Below are positions 1 to 13,075 of a stretch of DNA of 64,000 bases, in pieces. The stretch comes from Cyanophora paradoxa CCMP329 (lineage: Eukaryota > Plantae > Glaucophyta): NCBI GenBank assembly GCA_004431415.1, contig QPMI01000692.1, forward strand, positions 1-64,000, written 5' to 3'. Position 1 is the stretch's first letter, and every line of letters starts with the position of its first letter. A program made the translations under genes and the position numbers. The notes beneath the pieces were generated by a model. The model saw nothing but the letters and a program-made list of their open reading frames with translations, was not told where the DNA came from and searched no databases.

Positions 1-3000
1 GACTGCGGGGCGGACCCTTGGAGTCCACGATAGGGTTCGCTTACCCCCGCGTAGATTATTATGGCCGGGGCCGGCATCACGGCCGCCGGCGGGCTCATCT
101 ACCCCTGCCTCGACTTCGCAAAGCCACAAGTCGTCTTCTTCTCTGGCCTGTGGACAGTCGGTCCGCTGCACCCGCTCTAAAAATAGATGCGATCCAAAAA
201 ATAGATCGCGTCTCGCTGAGTAGTGTACCCCGGCCCAGACGTCGCGCTGCGGGGGGCGTACATGGCTTCGGGGAAGGCGCAGCTCGCGTTCGTCGCGACC
301 GCCACAGTCCTCATATGGACCGTCTGTGCGTCGTACCCCCGTTCCGTTTCCCCCCCCCCCCCTCCGGTGTACTTAACGAACTCCGTTCGCAGTCCCGCCG
401 ACTGGGGCATGCGAGTCCGCGGCCGACTACTTTGCGAATCTGATGTGTGCACGCGCCCTGCCCCGGCTGCTCCGCCCGCAGCGGAAGCGGAAACCGCGCC
501 CCTTCCGCCCCCGCAGGATCGCCGGCTGCGTACTCCCCCTCTCCTTCCTCTCGGTCCGGGTGCGCGCGAGCCCAACCCCGCGATTGCGCCGTACCCCTCC
601 TCTGCCCAACCCCCCGCCCCCCTTGAACTCCCCCCGCCCCCCAAACAAACAGGAGACGGAAGTCCGGCGGCGCTCCGATTTCGCCCGCGTCCGCTCCCTC
701 CGCTCCGAGGTTCGTCGTACCCCCAAGACCCCCTTCTTTCCTTCTTAAGCTTCTGTCTTCTTCCTTTTTTCCAGCTCCAGTGGGCGCGGGTGGAGGGGGA
801 CGGCCTCAGGGAGCACAACGAGCGGCTCCGCGAGCAGCTCGCCGCCCTCCAGCGTACGCCCCTCCGCTTCCCCCCCCCCGCTCCTTCCCCCCCCCCGCAT
901 TCCCGGAGCGAGCGGCTCGCCGCCGTCCTCCTCCTCCTCTCCTCCGCCTCCTAGGGGGCAGCCTGCTCACGTCTCTTTTTCTTCTTCTTCTTCCCCCCCG
1001 CCGCCCGCCGCCCTCCGTCTTCTTCGAATTCCCGCCTCCAGCCTCCTCGCTTCTAACTTCCTCCCTTGCTCCCCTTCCTTGCCTCCTGAACGGCCCTCTC
1101 TCGTCTCCTCTTCTTCCTCGCCCCCTTCCCGGCTGGCTGCCCCGCGCCCGACCCCCGGGATCAGCCGGGGCAGCCCCCCCCCCACGGGTCCGCCCCCCCC
1201 CGGGGGACCCCCTGGCTGGGATCGGGGGGGGTCCCGTCGCCCTCCGGGGCCCGCCCCGCGCCTCGGCCCCGGCCCCCCTCCTAAGCTCTCCGCCTCCTAG
1301 ACCTCCTCAACCGTCCCCCCGAACATCCCCCTCACTTCTCTCCTTCCCCTTCCTTCTCGCAGGCGAGAAGATGGGGGCCGACATCGACCTCGAGACGCCC
1401 CTCGCGAAGACGCTGCGCGCCCTCGACCAGCTCCGCTCCGACCCCCGTGCGCCCCGCGTACCCCCCCGGCCCGCGCATCTGATGCATCGTTTATTCGGCT
1501 CTTCACGCTCAAATTTTAGCATCATCGTTAGCTATAGCCCTTGGCTCTCTTAGCTAACAATCTTCAACCTCTCGACCTTCGACCCCGCTCCCCTATCAAG
1601 CTCACGCTTGGCTCGCCTGTAAGCTGCTGACCTATTCCCCCTGCCTTGGGGCGTGCGCAGGCCTGCGGGGGTTCGAGTGGGCGGGGCACGTGCTGGACTC
1701 GGCCATCACCACCCTCCTCGCCTCCAAGTCCATGTGCGCCAAGTCTAGAGCTAAGCTTAACTTGAGGGCCGCTTAGAAGCTCAAGAGCTTAGGAGCTTAG
1801 GGGCTGGGAGCAGCGTGTCTTCTCCTGTGTGAGGGAGGGAGCTGGGAGGGCGCTGGGAGCTCTAGCTTAAGCTTAATAGAGCTAATTTTAAGCTTAAGGC
1901 CGCTTATGCGACCAAAGCGAGCTGGAGCTTAGAAGAGGGGCGAGGCCCCTCCCCTCCCTCCCTCCCTCCCCTCCCTCCCTCCCCTCCCCTCCTCCTCCCC
2001 TCCCTCCCCTCCCTCCCTCCCTCCCCTCCCTCCCCTCCCTCCCTCCCTCCTCCCCTCCCTCCCCTCCCCTCCTTCCCCTCCTCCCTCCCTCCCTCATCTG
2101 ACTCTCCCCGCCTCTGACCCCTTCCTCGCTCCCCCCTGCAGCCTGGTGCCGGACCTGGTGGGGCAGGTCCGTGCCCGCGAGCGCCCCCCGCCGCCCTCCT
2201 CTTTCTGAACCAATCTTCCTTTCTCTCAAGAACCTTTCTGAACCTTTTTCTCTTTCTGGGCAGGTGCGGGAGGGCAAGCTGGCCCTCGACGCCGACGTCT
2301 CCCGCTGGCTCTTCGAGGAGGTGAGAGGAGATTCGATATATAGATCTTCAACTCTAGCTCTATGTCCACGATTAGATCCTAGCTCCCGCTGGCTCTTCGA
2401 GGTGCTGCGATAAGGCCACAATTGGATCCCAGCTCTAGTTCTAGAGGCCCGTCTCCCGCTGGCTCTTCGAGGAGGTGCGATGGGATAAGATCCGATCTCA
2501 TCTCAGATTAGATCCATGGCCACGATTAGATCCCAGCTTTAGATTCGATAGATCTTCAACTCTAGCTCTAGCTTGCTCTGAGCTGGGACCCGGCGGCCCT
2601 AGAGTTCCGGTACATAGCTCTGGCCCAAGCTCAAAGTAGCTAGATCAATCTCTAGAGTGCGCTAAAATCCGGCGGCTCTAGATCTCCGATAGCTAGCTCT
2701 GGCGAGGAGGTGCGCTCAGATTCGATAGATCTGCAACTCTAGCTCTAACTAGATTCTAGATTCTAGATTCTAATCTGCTCTGGATAGCTAGATTCTAGGT
2801 CTGCTCCCGCTGGCTCTTAAGCTTCGAGGAGTTGCGATCAGCCTGGCAGATTCGATCCCATCCGATATCATCTAGCTCTAGCTTAGATCCCAGATCCTCC
2901 GATCCGTCCGATCGGCTAGGCCCAAGCTATAGTATCCGAAATTGTGACCTTGGCTGGGTACTCACTGGCGGCCCGGCTCGCAATCGCAGGTGGCGCCTGC

Positions 3001-6000
3001 CCAGCGGCCCAAGGACGGACCCCCTTCGTCCCGCCTCCAGCCCTTCTCCCCGGTCCCGCCGCCCGCCCCGTGCGCCGCCCCCCCCCCCCCCCCTCCCCCC
3101 CCCCGGCCCTCCGTCCATCCATCCATCCCGATCCGCCCCTAACGTTCTTCCTTGCCGCAGCGGCTCGGCCCCCAGCTCGCCCTCCCAGGGCCCCCTCGTA
3201 CCCCCCGCCGGCCGCTCCCCGCCCGTGCTTCTCACCCTCAGCCCCGAGGTCTTTCTTCTTCTTTTTCGCCTTTTCTTTCCTTTTTCATCTCTTTTTTTTC
3301 CGCGCGCAGGGCGATCAACCCGCCACCCCCGAGCGGGTACCCCTGCCCCTTCTGGACGGGTACCTGTCCGAGGCCCGCCGTCTCGCCCCCCGCCTCACCC
3401 TTTGGGACGAGTTCGACATCCGCGAGGCGCGTACCCCCCTCAACGCCCCCCCCCTTCTAATCCCTCTACCCCCTTAGGTCGAGCGCCTCTCGGGGGGGCG
3501 GCCCCTCGTCGCGATCGGCCTGGCCGCAATCGAGGCGCGTACCCCCCGCCCCACCCCGAAGCGTACCCCTGACGCGCTCGTTCCCCCCTAGGGCCTGGGC
3601 CTGGCCTCGCGGCTCCCGATCGACCTACCCCGCCTGACGGCCTTTCTCGAGGCCGTCGAGGCGGGGTACAAGGCCCTCCCGTACCACAAGTTCGCTCCTT
3701 ATGTTCCTTACGCATCCTCCTCCTCCCTCCTCGCTCCTTACGCCCCCTACTCCTCCTCAGCCGGACGCACGCGGCGGACGTGTGCCAGTCGATGGCGGTC
3801 GTGCTGCTGCGGGGCGGCCTCGCCTCGCGCCTCTCCGACATCGAGCAGGTCCGTTGTCACAGGCGAAGGGACGATATCTAGAGATGTAAGAGGTGGAGGA
3901 TTAGAATAAGGATCTAAGCTCGCCGACCCAAGAAGAGCTAAGATAAGGGATCTGACCTGACCTGATCTGACCTCTTACCTCTTTTCCCCCCCTCTTTAAC
4001 GCCCGGCAGCTCGCCGCCTTTCTGGCGTGCGTCGTCCACGGTGCGACCCGATGAGCTTTTAGAGGGCTTCGGTGGCTATAATTAGATAAACCGGAGGGAC
4101 CTGGGATTAGCCCTCCAAGCTTCGCTCTTGATGGGCTCTCCGATGAGCTTTGAAAGAGCTTTAATTTGGTGGTCAGATGAACCTTGGGGGGCCTGGGTTG
4201 GCTATCTAAGCTCGGCTCTTGATGAGCTCTAGAGTGCGCTGCGGCCGGCGCCTCTGCCTCCTTCCGCCCCTCACACCGCCAATTCGGTGGTTAGAGAGCT
4301 TTGAGAGAGAGAGAGCATTGCTTGCTAGATAAGCTCTGGAAGAGCTTTGATTTGGTGGTAGACGAGCTCTTGTGGTGGTTGGTTAGGCCGCCGGCTAACG
4401 AGCTCTGAGAGGGCTTCGGTGGCCATAATTAGATGAGCCGTGGGGACCTGGATTAGCTGTAGCCTAGATGAAGCCTAGAAGAGCGCTAGATTGCGCTGTA
4501 GCCGGCGCCCCTGCCCCCCTTGCCCCCTCGCTCGCACCCGATTCACCCGGCTCCCGGGGTACAGACTTCGAGCACCCGGGGTTCAACAACAACTACCTGG
4601 TCAACACGGGGGACCCCCTCGCCGTCCTCTACAACGACAGGTGGGCGTACCCCCCCCCTTCCCCCTCCACCCCCAGGAGACCCCTCCTAAAGAGAGCCCG
4701 CTCAGGAGCCCGCTGGAGTCGCACCACGTCGCGGGTTCGGATCCCCGCGCTTCCCCTTCCCTCTTCCGACCCGTACCCCCTAAACCTTCGTTCGCAGCGA
4801 GCTGGCGGGCGCTGCGGGAGCCCCGGTACAACTTCTTGGAGGGCCTACCCCGGTCCGACCTGAAGGACCTCCGCAAGACCGTCATCGACATGGTACCCCC
4901 CTCCCCTAAACTTCCCCCCCTTACTTCCTCCCCCCTCCTCTCCCGCTGGGGCGTCCCTCCGCTCCGCCCCTCCTGCTGTCTGCTGCCTATCCCATCTGAA
5001 TTTGATCTTGCCCTGAACACCCCTCCTGCCCTGTCCCGACTCTGTACCCCCCGCAGGTCCTCGCGACGGACATGAGCCAGCACTTCGAGATCCTCGGAGC
5101 CTTCAAGAAGCGCGCCGGTACCCGCCCCCCGATCCCTCCCTCCCCGGGCGCCGGGGTACAGCTTTGGGTGACGTCGGCCTGGGCTCGCGCGGCCAGCGGC
5201 GGGATTCCTCCCCCCCGGAGCCGAGCCCCCGATCATCCCCCCCGCTTCCTTCGTCGTCGCGTCCGGCCCCGGGTCCCGCCGCGCCTCGGTACCCCCCTTT
5301 CCTCTCTCTAGAAATCACGCGCTCTAAATTTAGCCAAACCCGCGCAGCGCGCGGACTCGATCAGCCGCGTACACCCGCAGCCGACCCTCAAGACCGTCGC
5401 CGAGGCGGGGGGCGAGGACGGCCTTGCTGGCTCCCTCTCCCGCCCCGTCTCCGCCGCGAGCCTCACGACTCAGCGCCTGAGCGCCGGCCCCGGCGCCGGC
5501 GCCCTCGGAACGGCGCGGCGCCACGGGCCCACCCCGCCCAAAACGGCGGCGCCCCAGGCCCCGGGGATGGGGACCGGTATCTTCTCGCCTGGCGTCTCCT
5601 CGCACGCGCTGGTACCCCTGCCGCTCCTTCCCCCCTCTGAATCCCTTCAGGCCGACGACCGGTGCGCGGAGTACCCCTGCCATCTTCCTCCCCCCCCCCC
5701 TTCGAAATTCAAATGACGCCCCCTGCAGGCGTCTAATCCTCTCCATGGCGATCAAGGTACCCCCCACCTTACCCTACACCACCCCGCCTCGTCTAATCCT
5801 GTACCCGCAGGCCTGCGACATCGGGCACGGCGCCAAGCGGCTCGATCTCCACGTCGATTGGTCCCGCCGCGTCTCCGCCGAGTTCTACAACCAGGTACCC
5901 CCCTCCAACTCATTTCCCCCACCCGTTCTCAACTTCCCCCCCCCCCCTACAGGGCGACCAGGAGCGGGCCCAGGGACTCGAGGTATCCCCCCTCATGGAC

Positions 6001-6249
6001 CGGAACTCGGCGAACCTCCCCCGCAGCCAGATCGGTACCCCCCTCTGATCGATTCGTCGATCCTCGTCGCCCCAGTACGCTGACCGGGGTACAGGTTTCT
6101 TCGACTTCATATGCCTCCCGAGCTACGAGGCGCTGGTGGGGGTACTCCCCGCTCTCCGCGAGACCTTCCTGGGGAGCGCCCGCCGCAACTACGCGCACTG
6201 GCAGGAGCTGGCGGCCGCGGCGGCCGCCGGGCTCTCCCCCACCCCCTAG
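1..6249 (+). CDS. Class I 3',5'-cyclic nucleotide phosphodiesterase (PDEase_I), multi-exon, probably 5'-truncated by window, N-terminal TM segment
   Basis: Spliced exons read PYH-NRTHAADV, VH-DFEHPGFNNNYL, LYND-SPLESHHVA, VLATDMSQHFE, AIK-ACDIGH, EFYNQ-GDQER, SQI-GFFDFICLP: canonical class I PDE catalytic motifs. Stop TAG at 6247-6249. Confidence 0.93.
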
Positions 6250-7524
6250 CCCGTTCCGTGGCCTCCCCTCTTTCTCTCTTTCTCGTACCCCCTTCGCCTC
6301 TTCTTCCCCAACTTCGTTCCCTGGCCTCGCCCGCCTTTACACGGCTCAGTTCCACAGTGGTCGCTGTCATGTTGCGACGATCGCTTTTCCCAGCAGTCTC
6401 TTTACTAAGTGACTTCAGTGTTCTGTATCTGTCTGTATTAGAATCCTCTCATGTAGAATTAGATTAGATGATCCGTGATGTTTCGTTCGTCAAGCTCCGC
6501 GGCCGCTGGCCTAGGGCCTTGTACAGACCTATATATCACGAACTCGCGTTACCGCGATGCTGATGCCACCCTTTCAAGTTACTGTTGATTTCAGGACGAG
6601 ATTTCAAAACAGTTTAGGAGCGCGCTCGGTGTTCATGAGGTAGCTGAGCTCGCGGTAGCTCGTCTTTATATGTATGCAAAGGTGTGTAAATTAAATTCAG
6701 ACAGATCCAGATCTAGATCCGATGATCTCTAACTACATAGCCCTGCCACGGTGTCATGATGATCCGCCTCCAAGCTCCACTCTAGTACTGCCAGGCTGTT
6801 CGCCGTCCATAAGTGCACGCATTTTAATTTCATATATATAGTTATAACCGTTTTGAACGAGCTCTAGCCATAGCTAAGAATTCGAAGAGGGCTATAGCCT
6901 CAGGGCCTGCTCATGATCACGGGCGCGGCCTAGGCCCCGGGGCCGGGCGCGGCCTCCTAATCCTATAGCTATGGGGCCTGGCCTGATCCTAATCCTCTGG
7001 GGCCTAATCCTATCGATATCGCGGCATCCTTATCCTAATCCTAACCCTAATCCTAAGATCTGAGGGTCACGGGCCTGGTCACGGGCCGGCGCCGGGCGCG
7101 GCCTCCGGATCCTCCGGATCCCGGGCCTAGCCTGGGCTCGAAGGCGCCCCCAGGCCCGGGCCCGGGCCTCCCCCGAGATTTCAAAACAGGACGACATAGG
7201 CCTGAGGCCTGAGGTCTAGATCTAGATAACGAACGACAGGTCGAGATTTCGAATTCGAATTCAGACAGGCCTGAGGTCTAGATAATTGACAAAGAGGGCT
7301 CCCGCGGCTGTGCCTGGCCTAGCTAGCCTGTGCTCGTCCCCGGGCCCGGGCCTCCCCCTTCGAATTAAAATAATATTCCGATTTCGAGTCCGCCGGCGCC
7401 TCTCCGGACCCAGACCCGACCCCGCGCGCCTCCGCGCCGCCGGTGCGGGCGGCCTTCATTGACTACCGATGACTACTTCATTACAACAATTTCAATTATA
7501 CGTATACTACAAATTGGGTACTAG

Positions 7525-8563
7525 CTAAGAGGGCTCCCGTGTCTGACCGCAGGCCTCGTCGCCTCCTCCGCGGCCTGGGCTCGAACCCTCCCCCCTCGAG
7601 CTCCTTTCCGACCTCGCGTCAGCGTTGACGTCACGGTCCGCCGTCGCCTCTCCGGACCCGGCCGCGGACCCGACCCCGCGCGCCTCCGCACGGGCGGCCT
7701 CGGTCGCCGCGCGGCGCGCCCGGAAGAACGCCCGCATGAGCTCCGCCGAGTCTTCGGCGAGTACCCCCCGCGTGCTCCTGAGGCTGGGGTGCATGGGGTG
7801 CGGCGGCCCGGCCTCGAGAAGGTGTACCCAGGATCCCATGGCGCCGTGCCTAAGGTCCGGCGCCCCGTAGACCACGCGCCCGACGCGGGCGAGGAGCATG
7901 GCGCCCAGGCACATGCTGCAGGGCTCCAGAGTGCAGTAGAGGGTCGTACCCTCCAGCCGCCAGTTCTCCACGGCCCGCGACTACGCCGTCATGAACAGGT
8001 AATCGGATCAAATCGAGGCAGACGCCCGCACCGCGGATCGAATCGCGAGGATCTCCGCGTGCGCCGTCGCGTCACGCAGGCCCTCCACTTCGTTCGCGCC
8101 CTCCGCGACCACCTCCCCGTCCCGCACGACGACGGCCCCGATCGGAACCTCGCCCCGCGCGGCCGCCTCCCGCGCGAGCCGCAGCGCGCGGCGCATGAAC
8201 TCCTCGTCCTGAGGCTCCGCAGGCACCTCCTCGTGCGGCTTCGGCGGCTCGGGCGTCTCCCGCCTCCTCCGCACCCGAGCGACGATCGGGTCTGCAGTCG
8301 ACGCAGCGCGTGCCGCCCCTGAGGCGCGCGGGTCAGCGATGCGCACGCGATCGTTAGCTAAGACGAGGGAACTGCTCACCGCGCCACACTTGCACGCGCA
8401 GGGCCCGCGGCGTGCCGAGCCAGGAAGCGGTGTGCAGCCGGCGCGGGCTGGGCGGCACCCGCACCGCCGAGCAGGCTGCCGCTGAGGTCCTCATCGAACG
8501 GGGCCGGGCCGCGAGGCCCGCTGGCCGCCTCAGGGCGAACGCCAACCCCACGAAGGCGCGCAT
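7525..8563 (-). CDS. tadA: tRNA(Arg) adenosine-34 deaminase (TadA/TADA type), 3 exons, putative plastid transit peptide
   Basis: DEEFMRRAL...GEVPIGAVVV...DATAHAEILAIR and NWRLEGTTLYCTLEPCSMC...RVVYGAPD (HAE + PCxxC). N-terminus MRAFVG followed by an Ala/Arg/Ser-rich extension. Confidence 0.9.
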
Positions 8564-8632
8564 CGTCGGCTGTACCCCACCCGACCAAAGCAGTCGGAAG
8601 CACTCGGAAGCAGCTTCATGGGGGCCTTCTCG

Positions 8633-9594
8633 ATGAACCCCACAAGCATCCGCGTGAACAGGCTAACTAATGAAGACAATGACGGGCCCGATGCAGTGGG
8701 CCCGCGCGACCTCATCCTCACGCACGCTGCTCTGGAGTCCGAGGTCGAGAAGTGCGCTCCCGCCGCTGTGCTCCGGCGTCTGTGACCTCAGCTTAGCGCT
8801 CCTGTGCCGCTGTATAGCCCGCCAACGCGCTGCGCCGCAGGTTCCTTGAGGAGGAGAGCTGGAACGAGATCCAGGACATTGCAAGGACGGTGCACGCGCC
8901 CGGGCGAGCTGAAAGGCCGCTAAGATCAGCCTCTCACGCCTCCCGCCGCTGCAGTTCGACGACGAGGACAAGTTTGAGAAGGACAAGATGCTAGGGTGCT
9001 TTACGGCCTCCGCCGCGCGGCGCGGCGCGCGCCAACGCCGCGTACAGGCAAGTAAAGGACTTCAGCGGTGCAATAGACCAGCTGGAGGAGCAGGCGAGTC
9101 GATTAAACGAGGAGCTCGACCTGGCGGCGAACGAGGCGGAGGACGCGGAGAAGGAGAAGCTGGCGGAAGGCGCGCGCACGCGCCGCAGCAGGCGCCGCGC
9201 GCGCTCAAGGGCTCACGCGAGCGAGCGAGCGCCGCGCAGAAGTGTCGAAGGTGGTGCTGGAGGAAGAGGCGAAGGCGGAGCGTGAGGTGGAAGAGTTCAG
9301 CGCAGCGAGTGCGCGCACGCACGCGCCGCCGCGCCCCTTCCTTACTTTTCCGCGCTCGCCGCTTATGTCTACGCAGCGGTCTCAGCGGTAGAGCGCCTGA
9401 GGAGAGAGAACGAGATCCTCCGGAAGTGCCTGGGCCGGACCGCGGGGGGGACGGGGACGGGGCGGCCGGCGGTCAGCGGCGCGGGCGTCTCGTTCCAGGA
9501 GTACGTGTCGGCGGTGAAGGCGGCCGGCGGCGGCGGCGGCTCGGGCGTTGCCTTCGGAGTCACTAGCGGGGCGGGCGTCGCCAGCAAGCGGTAG
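8633..9594 (+). CDS. Small coiled-coil protein of unknown function, multi-exon
   Basis: Exons with GT/GC-AG boundaries give an E/K/L heptad-rich product (QVKDFSGAIDQLEEQASRLNEELDLAANEAEDAEKEKLAE). ATG lies 69 bp from the divergent tadA ATG. Confidence 0.6.
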
Positions 9595-9711
9595 CTATAG
9601 TTAGCCACCGGGTGGCCTAGCTGGGTTTCGGTCGACGTGTTGTTGCTTCTTGTACATTACACATATTTCAAGCTAGGATTCGGAGCCTTTGCAGAAGTAC
9701 ACTTCTGGGGC

Positions 9712-12700
9712 TTAGGTAGAAGCGCGGACCCGCTTCTCTGGCCGCCCCTCCACGATCCGGTGGAGGGGTATACCGTTCTCCTCCGCGAAGCCGCGGATCG
9801 CTCCCTTCAGCGGAAGGTTCCTAGCGTGCACGGAAATCTGAAGCACCGTCTCGCCCCCTTCGTCCTGCGAGGGGGGATGAGATCTAGATCCATATGAGCG
9901 GAGGAAAACTCCATGGGGGTACGGACCTCGAGCCAGAGGTCGGCGCCGGCGTCGAGGAGGGCCCGGACCGCCTCCGGGGTACACTCGCGGGCCGCGAAGT
10001 GCAGGAGGAACTCGGTACCCCCCCGGCCCCAGACCGCCTCCTCCAGGAAGGCGCGGCGTACCCCCAGGCCCTCCAGCTGGTCCCCGTCGAGGCCGAGGAA
10101 CTCTGCGACGGGTTAAGGAGAAAGGGCGTAGGGGGGTACATATACAGGTGCGGGGCCGCCAAGGGGGGCACGTCGACGCACCAACGGCGTAGGCAGCGAT
10201 AAGGGAGCGCCCGCGGCGGGCCTCTTCGCGCTGGAGCTTCCGCTGCCGCCTCGCCTGTTCGCTGAAGTAAAATGCTTTCTTCGGGTCCGATTGAGCGCTG
10301 ACCCTCTCCCGCTCCTCCTCTTCCCCATCGTTGCGCTCCTCCTCCTCCGCCGCCGCCGCCGCCGCTTCGAGCAGCTGGAGTGGGGTACGGCCCGCGGCGT
10401 CCTTCTCTGCCAGGAGGTCGAGCCCCGCGCGGGCCGCCGCCTCCAGCAGCGCCCGCGCGCCCTCCAAGAAGCCCCTCCCGCAGGCGACGTGGAGCGCGGT
10501 CGCGCCCTCCGTGTCCTGCGCATCGTTGTTTAGAGTAGCGCCGGGGGGGGGGGGGGGGGGGGGGGGGGGGAGGGGGGGGGGTTCGCGCCTTGTAGAGCGG
10601 GTTGGCGCCGATATCGAGCAGGGCCCCGACGAGCCGAGGCGAGCGCTCGACGGCGATGGCGAGCGGCGAGCGGCGCCCGCCCCGATCCGAGCGCAGCGGC
10701 TCGTTCGCAAGTGGCGCCAGCCGTTCGCCCCACTCGGACACAAGCTACGGCGAAAGCCGGAGTAAGGAAGGGAAAAAAAGAGGGGGGGCGGGGTCCGGAG
10801 AGGACCGTTCGCTTGCCTGCACGGCGGCTTCGGCGCGACCCCCGGTGGCGAACGCCGCTAAGGCGTGGAGAACGGTCGCCCCCAGACTAAAGCCGGGCAG
10901 GGCCCCCGGCAGAATACGGGTACCCTCTTCCCAAGCTTCCCGGAAGTAAGGGCACGTCTGAGGGGCGGTAGCGTGAGCCCGCGCGCGGGGCGGGGGGTAG
11001 GGGACTCGCCCACGGGTCCCTGTTTCCGTCCCCCGAAAGGCGGGCTAGGAGGGGTACGCCCAACTCCGCCACGAGGCGCCAGACCCCGTCCAAGTTGCGC
11101 TGCGGATCGCGTAGCTCTGCGCGTCGGCATCGGCATTTTTTTTTGAGGCGGAGAGGGAGGGTTACGCGCGCCTTGAAAAAGGAAGGGTACAGCGAGGCGG
11201 GGTAAATTGATTCGGCCCTCGAAGTGCTGCCGGAGGGCCCGGAGCGACGCCGCGTCCATACTAAGCTGCGCTGGGAGATTCGATCTCGTGGCGAAGAAAT
11301 CAAGCTGGCGCCGGGGGTACGCGCGCGAACCAGATCGCCAAAGATCACAAGGCTGGGGCGGCCGTCGGCGGTGTGGCGCTGCCGCGAAGTCTGCCGTTCC
11401 GTGAGGGGGGAAGGAGTACACGGGGGGTACGGGGCGCGACGTAGAGGTCCCGGAGGACGGGAAGGCGGGCGACGAGACGCTGTAGCTCGTCCTGTGACGG
11501 ATCCCAGTACCCCGTCACATCCAAACTTTCCAGGCGGGGGAAGCTGCGGGGCGGGGGTACCGGTCAGACGGGGAGGGGCGAGCGGGGGGAGGGGCTTGGA
11601 GGGGTAGAACGCGCTTAAGCCGCTTGAAGATCTCAAGCGGGTCGCAAATATCTGGGCGCTCGAGGTTGTCAATCTTTGGTACTTGGGTACACCTGTCCGC
11701 GGGTCCGGAGGGGGGTGTCAGCTCTCGTCCTTCGCGCTGTCGATATCAGGGGTCGCTCACCTGAGGTAGAGGCGCTCTAGGGGTGCCGAGCAGGCGCGGA
11801 GGAGGCGGCGGAGGGCGGGGAGGGGTACGGTGAGGCCGGAGAGGTCGAGGTGGCGGAGGCGGCGGAGGGAGAAGCGGGGGGGCAGGTCCTCCAGCGCTCC
11901 GAGGACTGCGACGCGGACGAGCCGGTCGCTATCGCGGTCCCGCGGCGAGAGAGGTGCGAGGGAGAGGTGCGTCAGATTTGGGCAGTGTTTGACAACGTCC
12001 AAAAGCGTGTGGCGGGCTCGGCCGGCCGCGGCCACTTGAATCCGGTAATCGACATCGCTTCTCGGCATCAGCGTCCGCAGCATGTACGGATCGAAGTCAA
12101 CGTTGGCGTCGACGTTCCCGAGCCAGAGCCGCTGGATGCGGTCGCCGAAGCGCGCGCTCAGCCGCGCGACGTCCAGGATCGTGTCGCCGCGCCCCGCGCC
12201 CTGCGGGCGTGCGCGTAAGCGAGCACTGCACCGGTTCCCATCTCTGCAATTGGTGTCGACGTCGCTGCTATAGCTAGCCAGCCCGAGGCCGCACGACGAT
12301 GCGAACACTCGCCCAGCCCGCACGCGCTGGCTCACGACCATCTCACCGGCGATCGGTCGCTAACAAAAACGGGCTCTTCGAAGAGCGTCGAGGACTCGCC
12401 GTACGCCAGCTCCTGGAAGCGGCGCCGAGCGGAAGCGAAGTTCCTAAGGACGTCCAACGTGCCGCTTGTCTCCGCCGCCGTTTTCATCAGTAGAAGCATC
12501 AGATCGTCTGAGGGCATCGCGAGCCTCAGTCGCAATCCGGCGAGGCGAACGCAGGAGACAGGGTCCAGCAGATCTAGCGTGCACGCCACGCACCAGACAG
12601 GCTCAAGATGGGCGCCGCGCTCTGCCCCGCCGCCATCGCCATCGCTGCTCAGCGGCTCACCGGCCTCGAGCAAGCTTGCAAGTTCTGGCCGTACCCCCCT

Positions 12701-12823
12701 GCAGAGCTGGCTGTCAGAGCGGCTGTCTGTGCGGCGGCCCGACGGCGCTATCCGGCTGACATTGCCTTAACCTTCGCTCACCTTACTAGTGCTGTAGCCG
12801 CCAGCTGCAGGCGCCGGCGCCAT
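9712..12823 (-). CDS. LRR (F-box-type) plus ankyrin-repeat protein, multi-exon
   Basis: LRR-like VVKHCPNLTHLSL / LRRLRHLDLSGL. Ankyrin motifs RSPLAIAVE...LLDIGANP, QDTEGATALHVACGRG, KDAAGRTPLQL, QDEGGETVLQIS. Exact start uncertain. Confidence 0.7.
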
Positions 12824-13075
12824 CGCTGAAACGCGGCGAGCTTGAGCTAGCGCTCGAGCTCGTGCGCAGATCTAGATTTCGACTTCCGAAGTTCTTCCTT
12901 TACTTCCGAAGTCCTTCCTTCCGACTTACGAATACATGGGGCTGGGCTTCTGCTGATATTTGACTTCTGCTGGGCTTCTGCTGACATTTGATCTCGATTT
13001 CTTCCTGTACATTACGCATACATTAAATCTAACAAGCGTCGGCCCGCGGCGGACGGCGCCAGCTGGAAGAGGGGC

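Noticed and set aside
7030-7056. Interstitial telomere (CCTAA repeats; similar at ~33606 and ~42660)
   Set aside because: Only a few degenerate units within low-complexity TA-rich tracts.
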